Origin: Octopus vulgaris
Taxonomy: Eukaryota
Length of the DNA: 64,000 bases
Assembly (NCBI GenBank): GCA_951406725.2
Contig: OX597816.1
Location: 112,840,001 to 112,904,000 of the forward strand
Direction: 5' to 3'
Program-made: the position numbers and the translations under genes
Shown: one piece after another, positions 12,927 to 25,434 of the stretch
Position numbering within the stretch: the first letter of the stretch is position 1
How the letters are laid out: each line of letters begins with the position of its first letter
Notes under the pieces: model-generated
The model's database searches: none
What the model was told of the DNA's origin: nothing
The model's input: the letters and a program-made list of their open reading frames with translations, nothing else

Positions 12927-13784
12927 AGTCAGTTCACTAGGCAGTATAAACCGCATAAACAAACAGAACATACCTGCTATGTTCTCAACGGCCCACCTTT
13001 CAAGAACTCGTAATTTCCAGTTGTAAAACCAGAAATTATACTGTCACCCCATTCATTGCCCATCGATAACCTCCTTTCCTCTTTCATGACTATGATGCTT
13101 TTTCCTGCTGAATCATGGCTAAAGCTTGTATCTATTGTAATGCAGCATCCAGCCTGCTAACCATACACTTCTGTCCATCTATCATTTAATTAATTACAAG
13201 CTCCCACCCATCTATCATTACAAGAAGAGTTCTGTTTAACTCTTCTACTTTATACTAACTGATGAACTAACTGGAAATCAGGGAAATTCCACTATAATAG
13301 TCTATTGAATCAACTAAAATAAATTGTGTGTGTATTTATTATGATGTAGTAGTTTAAAATAAAATAAAGGTAGTCTAACATAATGTATAGCTACCTTTAC
13401 TAGAAATGAAATGCAGCGGTCAGCTGGATATGAAAAAAAGGTAAGAGGATCACCGTTTATTTGATTGATCACTAAATAGAATTCTTTATTATAGTGTTTA
13501 AGAAACGAGGTTTCTTTAGCAAGAAATTGTAATGTCAAATGGAAAAAGTAAGTGGAAACATTCTCTTGTGTAAAAGCTTCTTTTAATTTACCAGGCTTCC
13601 TTTGACTTTGTTGTGTTGAAAGCTGAGATATTGCTTTTTCTTATACAATAGTCTTCTATTATGTAAGTAGTGTGGAATGATATACAACATTACATCAGGA
13701 TTCTTTCCAGGGATTTCAGTAACTTTGAATTCACGTAAATATCTGTATGTGTGTGTGAGAGAGAGAGAAAGAGAGAGAGGGGTG

Positions 13785-14580
13785 GAAGGAAATGTGAAGG
13801 AGAGATTGTTTGCCAATGCTCTGCATACTGTCTTTGCTAAAGCTCTCTCACACACTGTCTTGCAACACGAAGTGTTTCATATTGTAAGACAGTGTGTGAG
13901 AGAGAATCGTGATGTCATAGGAGAGAAATGTGTCTGCATAGATGATGGCTCACTTGCATTTAATGAGGCTGCAAAGAGAGACTTAGAGATGCCACTATGA
14001 AAGGTTGCTAAATGAAGAGAATGAATGGGAGAAAGAGAGTCTGCCAAATGTCGACCCAACAGAGGGACCAGCTATCTGAATTGACTGTACCTTGGTAGAT
14101 AAAGCAATTAAAGGTATGAAGACAGGGAAAGCCTCCAGCCCACCAGGAATCACTGAAGAAATGCTTAAAATATCTGGCAGTGTAGGCTACAGTCTAGTCA
14201 CCCATATAGTCAATCAGGTAATACATGAAGGAGTCATACTCAATGACTGGTGTAGCAGCACCATATTCAACTGCTACAAAGATAAAGGTGACACTTTAGA
14301 TACAAATAATTACAGAGGTATCAAGTTGTTTGATGAGGTAATGAAAGTCATGGAGAGGGTCATAGCCCAACTAATTAGGAAGGGAGTTGCTTTAGATGAG
14401 ATGCATTTTGGGATTGTGCCAGGGAGAAGCACCACTGATGCTATATTTCTGGTATGAGAGCTGCAGGAGAAATACCTAACCAAAGATGAACCTCTATACT
14501 TGGCTTTCATTGACATGGAGAAAACCTTTGACAGGATCCCCCGGTTCCTTACCTGGTGATCAATGTGGAAACTAGGGATA
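13785..14580 (+). mobile_element. RTE-clade LINE fragment, middle of ORF (pre-RT region and first RT motifs)
   Basis: ORFs give EVFHIVRQCVRENRDVIGEKC and MKTGKASSPPGITEEMLK..NYRGIKL..RSTTDAIFLV; continues LQEKYL..LYLAFIDMEKTFDRIP and stops abruptly at 14580. Confidence 0.92.
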
Positions 14581-14872
14581 TGCACCATACAAACATGGTC
14601 AATGCCAGTGCCACCTGAATGATCCTGTGCCGGTGGCACATAAAAAGTACTATTCAAGCATGTTCATTGCCATTACCGTCTGACTGGCTCTTGTTCCAGT
14701 GATATGTAAAAAGCACTCACTACTCTCTCAGAGTGGTTGGTGTTAGGAAGGGCATCCAGCTGTAGAAACCTTGCTAGATCAGATTGGAGAATATTTGATT
14801 GCCAGTTTTCAGTCAAATTGTCCGACCCATGCCAGCATGGAAAGCAGATGTTAAATGATGATGATGATGATA
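14581..14872 (+). mobile_element. RTE 3'-UTR repeat with (GAT)n tail
   Basis: gagtggttggtgttaggaagggcatccagctgtagaaac...acccatgccagcatggaaa...gatgatgat; the same 3' end follows an RTE C-terminus at 48330-48872. Confidence 0.85.
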
Positions 14873-15638
14873 TGTGCTGCAATAGTTATGATGACAGACT
14901 GTAAACTTATTTAACTTAGACTGGTATATTTAAATTTAAACCAAAATATGTTTGAATTTTTACTACATTGTTAAACGAGATTGCAAACCAACTAGATTAT
15001 TGAAGAACCAATCTAACAGAAAGACATCAAAATAACATATAGAGGTATTAAAGTGAAGTCATAGAAAACTAATGAAAGAGTGGCTGGAATTTTCAGATTC
15101 ATTGATTGCTGTATGTTGACTGTAGTTGGATAATTCCATGGATCAGTTGATTTGTCTGTAAAACAACAACTGAAGAGTTGATGTTGAAAAAATTAATTTA
15201 CTTCTTGAATCTTGAAAGAAATTTGCTGCATTGCTTGTTGTTGTAGAACTTAAATGAGCTTTGAAATAATAGAAATAAAAAAAAATATGGTAGAACTGGG
15301 GAAAATTTTCTGATGTCATGGTTGTTATGGTTTTTATGATGATGAGGTTTATTACAGTTGAGAAGTTTTTTTTTTCCATTAAGTATTCCTTGCAAATTTA
15401 GATAAAACATAAGTTGTGGAGTTGAGAACACGTTGACCTTCTCACATGAGTCAAAATGACAAAAATTCCAAATATTACTTTCTAAACCACTGATGTGATA
15501 ACTATTGTTGTAACATCTGTAGATAGGTTGCTGACGGCTGTGATGTTGATATTATTTTATTTTAGACCAACCTAGAGTGAATAAACCCATGATCAAACAA
15601 TTATGACCATCTTATTGATATGTGTGTGTGTGTATGTA

Positions 15639-15669
<31 letters not shown>

Positions 15670-15744
15670 TTTTATATATAGCATGGAAAACGGACGCTAA
15701 ACGATGATGATGATGATATATATATATATTTATATTTATATATA

Positions 15745-16076
15745 TATGGCACATAAGAAAACCATCCGAACGTGGCCATAGCCAGTACCGCATCGACCAT
15801 AGCCAGTACCGTGGCCATAGCCAGTACCTCCATGCTGGTGGCACGTAACAAACACCATCCAATCGTGGCCGTGCCAGCCTTGCCTGGCACCTGTGTTGGT
15901 GGCACATAAAAAGCACCCACTACACTCATGGAGTGGTTGGCGTTAAGAAGGGCATCCAGCTGTAGAAACACTGCCAGATCTGACTGGCCTGGTGCAGCCT
16001 TCGGGCTTCCCAGACCCCAGTTGAACTGTCCAACCCATGCTAGCATGGAAAGTGGATGTTAGACGATGATGATGAT
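15745..16076 (+). mobile_element. RTE 3'-UTR repeat with (GAT)n tail
   Basis: High identity to 48620-48872; internal triplication of ccatagccagtacc at 15775-15828; an extra isolated tail piece at 15680-15718. Confidence 0.88.
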
Positions 16077-17278
16077 ATATATATACAACAAACAACATCA
16101 TGAATTATTCCTCATGCTGGTTGTTGGGTAGGTTATGATGGTCATCATTAGGGTTTTACCTTGCCTTTTTATACCTCTTTAAAATTTTACTTAAAGATTT
16201 ATGCTATGGTGTAATAAAATTCTATCGAAACAGCTATAGTAAATTTTAAATGCCATTTGTGTCCTTTTTAAACCTACATCCCACTTAAACCAACCATGTG
16301 CTGGATCTACAGTTTAAATTGGATTTGATACTTAAATATCAACATATCTGCAGCATACTACCGATATGTGATACCTCATGGTTGTTTTACCACACTGTGA
16401 ACCCTGTGCTAAAGTACCTAGCCAATTCTGACATCTTACATGTTGATGCAGCTAGATTCTAATGAATCTTATAACTGATTTGTGTGTGTGTGTGTGTGCC
16501 TGTCTGTCTGTCCTCTCTATCTTTAATTACTTGAAGTCCTTCTGTAAGGAAGGAGCTGGTTTCCAACAAAGATACAAAGCTCCAATTTTTTATTTTATTT
16601 GTGGGTTTGTTCTTAATCTTTTTTTTTATTCTTTGTTTTTAATCTTTTATAATTTCTTGGCCTTATCTAAACCTTTTTCTTAGGTATAATTAGCTTTTAG
16701 TTTGTGTTTTATATAAAGAGAAAAGTTTAGTTTTTTTTTTTTTTTCAGGTTCCCTTATTATGCTTAACAGTTTGCCTTTAGAGCTTCCAACTATTTTTAT
16801 AGATTAACTATAATTACTTAGAAATAGTTATCTATTTCTATTAAGTACAATCCTATTTGTATATACAGTAAATATATCTCAGCCATAGGAAGTTGAGTCC
16901 AGAATTCAGTGAGTAGTATTTTTTGTTTTCATCTAGGCTCAGTAGATCGATAGACTTCCAATGTATCACATTGAGATTGTAGTTTATGACAAGGACAGCT
17001 ACTTTGCTTGTGTCTATGATAATATTTCTTAGAGTGAGTTTAAGTTTTGATATTATATTGCTTAGGACTTTGAAATTGCATTCATTTCTATATACTATAA
17101 GTTACATGTTCTCCTATATAGGCTGTTGTTTCAGATTTCCATCTTCAATATCTAAATCTAAATTGATATTTCAAGTTTTATTAATTAATTTGCTGATTTT
17201 TAATTCAAACTATTTGATATATAACTGCAAATTCCACTTAAATGTGTTTTGATTGAGTCTCCAGATGGTGTATGTCTC

Positions 17279-17508
17279 TTAAGCCTTTACAATTCATAAT
17301 ACTATGTCAAATATAATACTTATTTATTGATGTTCTTTTGAATTAATCATGTATTATCTTGTGGCTTTGAAATTTCAATTATGAGATTGCTTATTTTCAC
17401 AATGACATTGTAGGATAGGTGTGAGAAGCTATATGTGGCCAATGTGAATATAAAACAGGTTGAATATTTTGGCCTGACATGGCCAATTGAAATATGCTCA
17501 AGGGTTAA
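17279..17508 (-). mobile_element. piggyBac-type MITE, family 1
   Basis: TTAA-gccttta...gctcaaggg-TTAA; body matches 10555-10783. Confidence 0.8.
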
Positions 17509-17668
17509 ATATAGTTGCTATGTCAGATATTTTCCATAACATTTGTAGCATTTATTAGTTTGATTCACTAAATTTGTTTGTAGAATCAGAGCTAAACTTA
17601 TGTAGTGGGAATAAGGAGTCTACTTGAAAAATTTCATCTCTATGAGAATATCATTATTTTATTATTTA

Positions 17669-17669
<1 letters not shown>

Positions 17670-17722
<53 letters not shown>
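17670..17722. repeat. (TTA)n microsatellite
   Basis: Seen directly in the sequence. Confidence 0.97.
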
Positions 17723-18369
17723 CTCTTTATTTCACAATAGTTTGGATCTATGGTAATATTCCTTTCTTATCACTTTATTTCATCATCTACTTTTAAGTAC
17801 AAATATGAATCTTTGTGTTCTAATTCTCCAATTCAAATGACTAACTCTCAACTATTGACTTATATTTGGATTGATGTGTTTATGTGCAGTGTCATTACTA
17901 TCCAAAAATTCTCTTAAAGTATTCTCTGCAATCAATTCCTATTAAGCTTAGATTTTTATTCTTGTAGTGTTGCCTTCAATAATTATTCAGTTTATCCAAA
18001 ACTGTCCAATATACTCACGCATCTTTTTCTTCTATACATTAATGTTATGATAGGCTGAAAGCCTATATACATCAGGGCTATGTATATTCTTGGCCAATTG
18101 GTTATTGTTTTTCCTTATTTTTATTTATTTATTTATTTTCTTTAGAATTAATAATTTTTTTTTTTCTTTTCCTAGAATCAGCTTGATGTTCCTTTAGTCT
18201 TGTGATTTTTTTATAATCTCAAACCTTCCAAAGATTTGCTCAATATATCTCTTATACGCACTTTTCCAGGCTATGAAAATCATAACCAACACTAGTCTTC
18301 AAAACATGCCATTAACTAGGTTTTTACTTTACCTATGGACAACCAGAAATGAAATATGAAAGAAAAATT

Positions 18370-18548
18370 ATAAGCCCATCGTATGTGTGTGAGTGTGTGT
18401 GTTTGTCCTCCCCACATAATCACTTGGCAATAAGTACTAGGTTTAAAAATAATAAGTCCTGGGGTCAATTTGTTTGACTAAAACCCTTCAAGGTGGTGCT
18501 CCAGCATGGCCGCAGTCAAATGACTGAAACAAGTAAAAGAGTAAAAGG
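18370..18548 (+). mobile_element. SINE family A, 3' part
   Basis: aataagtcctggggtcaatttgtttgactaaaacccttcaaggtggtgctccagcatggccgcagtcaaatgactgaaacaagtaaaaga. Confidence 0.85.
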
Positions 18549-19371
18549 AATATATTTACACACACACACACAGGAAACAATACTAGAGATCAAGTCCCTT
18601 AACTCTTGTATAAGAACCTCTGCTCTGGTAATTCATTGAATGCTGTTGCTATGGATTTGTGTATACTGCAAGCTTTATCAATTCTGGAAGCCTGCCAGTT
18701 GTTACTTGTTAGTAAACTATCTCCAATATCTTGGATTTCCATTGCAGTTGAAGTTCTACTACAATTATTTCAGTAAATGTTCCATGTACATGAATCTGAT
18801 GGAAGAGCCCTCATGTTTTCCAAAGCATGTTATTCGAAATTCTTTACCGAAATAAGTTGTTTCCATTTTTTTCTCAAGGTTCTATTTTCCTTTTGAATCT
18901 GTATTGTATTTGGTTTTTTTTTTTGGTTTTTTTTTTGCTTCCATATTCGACACCTTTCTGCTTTGCAGGATAAAGCTAAATCTTTTCTCTTTTTGCTCCT
19001 TTTTCTATTCTATATTTCATCTTGTGTAGTTTTTGGTGTGTGTGCATTGTAAGCGGAGTGTAACTTATTGTATTAGGGTCAAGTTTGGTTTCCCTTGATA
19101 CATCCATTTACTGAGAAAATTAGGTTATTTAGCATATTGGTGTTTTGGTTTACTTCTGTAGAAAATATTTTTTTGAAAGGTTTTGTTGTGTTTGGCTACA
19201 TTTCCCATAGATGTTTGTTCATTCATTGTTTATCGAGTTGTTTCTATTGATCCATATCGATCGATTTCTTTGTGGTCAGTTCTTCTATTTTCATAATCAT
19301 TTCTGTTAGGTTCCCTCATTGTTGACTTTGCTTTTTCTGTCATCCTTGTTGCTGTTTTTAGTGTTGTTGCT

Positions 19372-19548
19372 GCTGTTTAGCCCACGGTCAAACCGTTTTT
19401 CAGTGGACCTATGATCAAGTGCATTCCAGCCATGCCTGTTCCATCTTTTTAAAGTTATGCAGCTCTACATTATTTAGTGTTATCTGAGGGTGAATTTACG
19501 TACTATTTCTAACAGATCAAATGACCAGGTAGAGGTTCTTTCTCTTGT
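19372..19548 (-). mobile_element. Family E short interspersed repeat (non-tRNA head, (AAC)n tail), representative copy
   Basis: gtttagcccacggtca...gacctatgatcaagtgcattccagccatg...tactatttctaacagatcaa; related copies at about 24780, 26190, 27625, 39360-40135, 41455, 41890, 43378, 51375-51770, 52560, 53320, 57460, 61035 and 63710. Confidence 0.7.
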
Positions 19549-20362
19549 TTGTTATAAGTGAATAGTATGTATTTATAGTATAGCTGAGTATTTCAATGAC
19601 TATTTTCAATGAGTCTTTCTTTGGCTTTTTGTTATATTTTTTCTTTTGTCTGTTTTGTAGTGATGTTCTTTTCATGTGTGGTCATTTTAGTTACGTTATT
19701 TTCAGATCTTGTTTCACACAAAACACACAAGAGGTTCATCTATTTTGTGTGTGTCATGTTTTGTTGTATTGCTTTTATTGGTTCATAGGGTATTATCTTT
19801 TCCTTTGTGTGGTCAATTTTTCTTCCTTTCTTTGATTTTCAGTGAACATTCTTTGTAAAAGTTATTTTGTTTTACTTCCATGGATATTTTTTTTTATTAT
19901 TTATTACATTATTATATTATTATTAGTAGTATATCAGTATGTTATATCACTATTATTTTATTTCATGCCTATTTGAGATATTTCCCTTATTTTCAAATCA
20001 TCCCAAGAAACTAGGGATTTGGAATCTAGGATTATTGTTTGTGTGACTAGACCAAGTTCTGAAAGATTGGAAATTATGTTAGCACAATTCACAAAAGAGG
20101 AAAAAAGTCTGGTGAGCATCAATGAGAATACCAATGCCGATTCCCATAGTTTAATATATGTACATATAGATCTGCTAATGTATTTTAGTCTAGTTGTTGT
20201 CTTTCATCTACAATTTTGTTCTTCAAAACTCATACATTGCTTTTATAGTGCCTGTGAGTACTACATGTAATCTGGACATGTATAGGTATAATTCTATGTT
20301 CTACAGTTCCCATGTGCTTTTCAGTTTATTTTGGCATATACTGTATGTGTGTGTGTATATAC

Positions 20363-20826
20363 TCTTTTACTTGTTTCAGTCATTTGACTGGCCATGCAGG
20401 AGCACCACTTTTAGTCAAGCAAATCGACCCCAGGACGTATTCTTTGTAAACCTAGTACTTATTCTCTTTTGCCAAACCGCTAAGTTATGGAGACGTAAAC
20501 ACACCAGCATCAGTTGTCAAGCGATGTTGCAGGGACAAATACAGACACAGAAACACATACACACACATACATATACATATATATCTATATATATATATAT
20601 ACATACATACATATATATGATGGGCTTCTTTCAGTTTCCATCTACCAAATCCACTCACAAGGCTTTGGTCAGCCCGAGGCTATAGTAGAAGACACTTATA
20701 ATAGAAGGCACTTATAATAGAAGACACTATAGTAGAAGATACTTGCCCAAGGTGCCACACTGTGGGACTGAACCCGGAACCATGTGATTGGTAAGCAAGC
20801 TACTTACCACAGCCACTCCTACGCCT
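20363..20826 (-). mobile_element. SINE family A, full length, with internal 15-16-bp quadruplication
   Basis: Matches 54180-54623 end to end; tatagtagaagacact is repeated four times at 20681-20743. Confidence 0.92.
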
Positions 20827-21547
20827 ATATGTATACAATTTTTTCCTTTGTCAAAGATTAACCACTTGAGTGGGTATTGCTTCTGATACTCATATTTCAT
20901 GCGCTTGTTAGTATAATTATATTAAACTCACACAACAACATTCCTCAGGAATCATGGGTCACTAGGTATTGTTTTTATTGATTGCTGCCATTTGTATTGT
21001 CAGTTATGGTTGATATGTTGTGACACACTGGTTTTGTTTTAAGTTAGCTCACTTTATTTATGTGTCTTAGTCTTTGTTGGTTTTTTTTTCCTTTTGTGAT
21101 TACCCATTGTTTATTATTACTGTAAGCTGTATACTTTGTATATAATCATGACAAGCGAGACTAGTCTTCTTTGTCCTTTAGTTATACAAAATAAATACTA
21201 AATATAATTACAAGGAGATACACTAACATTATTTTCTAATTAGTCTGTTAATTTTGCTTTGGATCAATAGAGTTATTTTTTCTTTTATTTTTTTTCTACA
21301 GATTATTATGTTGCCTCTTCTAGTCATTCACTTTTTCAGAACAATGGATTTGTAGAAGTGGATTAGCAGAGTTTCTAACAAAGTTCTTCATTGTATTTAG
21401 TTAAGTTTCTTCATTCACTGAACTCAACTTTGATTTTCATCCTTCTTTAAGTTGATAAAACTATGTCCCACTTAAGTACAGGATCAATTGTTACTCTCTG
21501 TCCTTCAAAATTCTAGCCTATGTTTGGAAACATTATTATTATTATTA

Positions 21548-21776
21548 TTAACTCTTTCGTTATTGTATTTATTTTGAGATGCTTTGTGTTTCTTTCAATT
21601 ATTTTAAATATAACAAAGAATTTAGTAAAATAACTTTGTTATCATTAAGCTAGTGTTAAGAACATAAACTGTGACTAAGGCTTGGTGGAAGATTTTAATT
21701 CAGAACTTTTGAAAACAAGACATTTGTACTACAGGGCCAGAGCTGGTTTCAGCCGGGTTGGTAACAAAAGGGTTAA
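21548..21776. mobile_element. piggyBac-type MITE, family 2
   Basis: TTAA-ctctttcgtta...gtaacaaaaggg-TTAA, inserted at the TTAA between an (ATT)n tract and a family-B SINE head. Confidence 0.82.
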
Positions 21777-21948
21777 GGTGGCAAGCTGGCAGAGCCATTA
21801 GCATGCCGGATAAAATGATTAGCAGCATTTCTTCCATCTTTACATACCGGTCTCATAAGTACCTGTCAAGCACTGCGGTCAACATAATCAACTCGCCCTT
21901 CTCCCCAAATCCCAGGTTTTGTGCTTATTGAATCATTATTATTATTAT
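21776..21948 (+). mobile_element. SINE family B, internally deleted, (ATT)n tail
   Basis: Head ggtggcaagctggcagagccattagcatgccggataaaatg as at 46433. Confidence 0.8.
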
Positions 21949-22375
21949 ATGAAAACTCACAGCTTATTTTGTTGGGTATGATGGAAAGTGTCAGCTGTCT
22001 ACAGCCAGTAGACTAAGGTGACACTTGTTTGCTGGTCATGCTTCAAGAACCTTGCGAAGAATTCTGATTTTTGTAAGTGTTCTACCTTCATAGTCACACC
22101 GATCTTTTTCAGCCATGCTGGTAATTGAGTGCTGATATTTCCAAGTGCACCAACTGCTACTGGTATCTTTGACAACAACTTTCATATTTCCCACTCTAAA
22201 TCATTATAGTTGTTTATTTTTTTCTTCTTTCACATTGATCCTGTTTTCACCGGGGCATGCTATATTGATAATTATACATGTTCTTTCTTTTTTATTAACC
22301 ACAACCATGTCCAGTTTTCTATATCTGGTCAGGTAATCACACTGGATCATTAAATCACATATGATTTTGCAAAAT
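21949..22375 (-). mobile_element. R4/Dong-clade fragment: endonuclease domain and 3' UTR ending in (TAA)n
   Basis: Minus strand reads KIICDLMIQCD..RKLDMVVVNKKERTCIIINIACPGENRINVKE..YNDLEWEI..PVAVGALGNIS..VEHLQK, a PD-(D/E)XK-type RLE pattern. Confidence 0.8.
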
Positions 22376-23286
22376 AGGAGATAAAGTACGATTCATTCGT
22401 GATCAGAGTTGTTCGAAAACCGAGGTTCTACTGTACTTATATAATTAAGATATAATTAATCATTCCCCTCACGATTGTTGATTTTGTGCCTAAATTAGAA
22501 TGTATCATTAAGAACACAAAGGTGGTAAACTGAAAGTTTTGCTTGAATGTTGGACAAAATGTCTTGTATTATTTATCTTTTATATTCTGAGTTTAAATCA
22601 GGCTAGAGTTAATTTTGCCCCTCATTCTTTCTGGGTTATTGAAATAAAATATCAGGTAAATGCTAGGTTCAATTCAATCATCTGTTCCCCACTATCACAA
22701 AATTATAGCATTCTTTTCTTATGCTCATGTTAAAAAATAGTTATTATTTAATATATGATAGAAAAATTTTTTTTTCATAAGGTAATAATATTTTGCATTC
22801 TGTTTGCATAAACCTCAATTAGAATTGTGATAAAGTTTGTCTACTTACTACTTAACTCCACAACTGTCTACTTTAATAATGCAAATTAATCTTACATTCT
22901 TGAATCTCAGACATAGTAATCAATATATATATTCTAAGAACTTTTCAACATATTTGAATAACTTCATAAAGATATTAAAAAAAAATACATGGAGATCTAT
23001 AGCAACAAAGAAGAAGAACTACTACTACTACTACTACTTTGTCTTCATGTTAATTTCTTGTCTCATTGAAGTAGTTCTGGTTTTATTTCAAGTTTAAACA
23101 TTAATTTCTCTCCTCCCCTTGTGTCTAAATCTTCTTTTAGTTTATGTCATTTTAAGTTTTTATGTCAGCCATTATTCTGATCATGACTTCCTTGTTATTA
23201 TATCTTTGCCACTTAGAATTATCATCATAATTATTGTAGTTTCACCACATCACAATGTTATAAACAGTAATATGTCTACCAACATA

Positions 23287-23303
23287 TGTGTGTGTGTGTA
23301 GTA

Positions 23304-23356
<53 letters not shown>
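23287..23356. repeat. (AT)n microsatellite
   Basis: Seen directly in the sequence. Confidence 0.97.
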
Positions 23357-23359
<3 letters not shown>

Positions 23360-23407
23360 ACATATCTTCATACATGTATGTGTGCATACACACACATATC
23401 TATATAT

Positions 23408-23672
23408 AGAGTGCTGGAGGTGTGGTAAGAAGCTTGCTTCCCAACTATATGGTTCTGGGTTCAGTCCCACTGTGTGGCACCTTGAGCAAGTTTCTTCTAC
23501 TATAGCCTCAAGCTGACCAAACCTTTGTGAGTGGATTTGGTAGATGGAAACTGAAAGAAGCCCAGTGTGTGTGTGTGTATACATACACATATACGTATGT
23601 GTGAATGTGGATGTGCCTTTGTGTCTGTGTTTGTTCCCCCACCACTGTTTGACAACCGGGTGCTGGTGTCTT
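23408..23672 (+). mobile_element. SINE family A, 3'-truncated
   Basis: Head and core match 55690-55915. Confidence 0.88.
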
Positions 23673-25288
23673 TAGATTCTCTTATATATTTATATATACA
23701 TATATAAAAGGTATTGGAATCTAGAAGACCCAAGGAGTGGCAGGTAACGCTAAGTAAGTGCTATGGACAGACCGTAGTTAAACTCTTGGTTTGATAGTGA
23801 TGCGAATGAGGAGTTTAATGTGAGTTTTGTGTTAGCAAGACCCGCATTAAACATGTATATATGCACACACATGCATGCACTTACATACGCACTTATATAC
23901 ATACATAAAGTGTGTCTGTAAATGAATATGTATATAAGTATAAATATATACAATTCATTGAGTAGAATGTTTGGCTTCACAACCATTCACATAGAGTATT
24001 TAAGAAATATAAATAAGTGATGTACCCCCAGTGTAAAGTAGATAAGTTCAGCTTAGTTTGAAAGTTTGCTAGATGCAAAAAAAAAATGAAAAATAGCCAG
24101 GCTGGAACATAGAGAATTATCAGAAATAGCCAAATGTCATTCTTAAAAATGATTGTGATATTGGATACCCTATCTAATTTTTATTGTTCTGAAAAAATGG
24201 ACACATATTGTCATTCTTGAAATGATTGAGGGATTAGGTTCCTTTTCAAATTTGTATTGTTCCATATTATTTTCATGGAATCATATTACCTTGTAACAAA
24301 ATATTTTCATACTCTTATGTCAATTAAAGAAACAATTTCATCATCATCATACTTGTCATCATCATTATAATCATCATTGTGTTTCTATTTGGCATTGTGT
24401 CAATATAAAAATTCATTATTTTAATTCTATCATTGCAGTTCTTGTTTATTGTTGGTGGTGTTTACAATGCATCGGAAACATATAATTTATTATTCATTGA
24501 TGAATGATTCCTAAAAATTCTGCATGGTTTGATAAATAAATACAACACTAATAAGTTATGTTCCAATTACAAAAAATACTGTCCTATAGCTTCCCATCCA
24601 TTTATATTTCTTCCTAAAAGTACTCTCTTGATATTTTACAAATTTTCATTCAGTCATTTATTTATTTGTTGTTGACTGCTCCAAATATATCTATTGAATT
24701 CATTCATATAGTCATTACCAATACTCTAACAATATCTTTTTATTATCTTCTTTCAAGCCCAAAAGGGTAATTTTACAGGTTGCTCAACCTTGTAGAAACA
24801 CCAGCTTAATCTCCCTCAAATCACACTATCATTTTATCAGAAATGGTATAATTTGATATAATTTGTCAGAACAAGAAAAAGACAGGAAGATCATGGCTAA
24901 GCTGCCTTTAATCACAGTTAGGCAACTTCTTGGTCATAGTTGACTGGGGATTGACATGAACAGTAACAAAAAGAACTGTCTTTTGATAGGGTACTTCTTA
25001 GAGAATCCAGTTTGTTACAAAATTCAAAACAGACATAAAATACATTCTATAGAATCAGCATAACAGAACATTTCTTTGTAATGAACATTTCTCTGTAGAG
25101 ATTACTGTTTCATATGATACAGTCTTTGCTATTGAAAAAACATAATGAGAGCAAGTACAGTTGGAAGGATTTGGGTTGATTTTGCTATATTTAATTTCCA
25201 TAGAAAGTTAGAATTTACCTGTATCTTGTTTCAAGAAAGCAGTATACACACATGCACACGCACACACACACACACATAGGTATGTATA

Positions 25289-25362
25289 CAGGGATGGCCA
25301 TAAGTTGCTTTACCTATTTCTAATAATAAGGAAATGGGTAAAATGACTAATGGCCATCCCTG
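25289..25362. mobile_element. Tc1/mariner-type mini-MITE made almost wholly of TIRs
   Basis: TA-cagggatggccat...atggccatccctg-TA; arms 25283-25320 and 25331-25368 are complementary at 33 of 38 positions around a 10-nt loop. Confidence 0.8.
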
Positions 25363-25434
25363 TATACACACACGCGTGCACTCACTCGCACACATATATA
25401 TATATGCTGGACTGCTGAAATCTAATTTTTTTTC

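Larger units (their letters stand above)
16690..19320 (-). mobile_element. Possible highly decayed Penelope-like retroelement, interrupted by a MITE, (TTA)n and a SINE
   Basis: Minus strand near 16860-16895 reads FLWLRYIYCI, similar to the PLE RT motif W-RYIDDI; long A-rich minus-strand tract. Based on a single motif; boundaries are guesses. Confidence 0.3.

Noticed and set aside
13404-13745. Possible exons: plus strand 13404-13440 (NEMQRSAGYEKK) and minus strand YLREFKVTEIPGKNPD
   Set aside because: Splice signals only, on opposite strands, with no recognisable protein; expected by chance in 64 kb.
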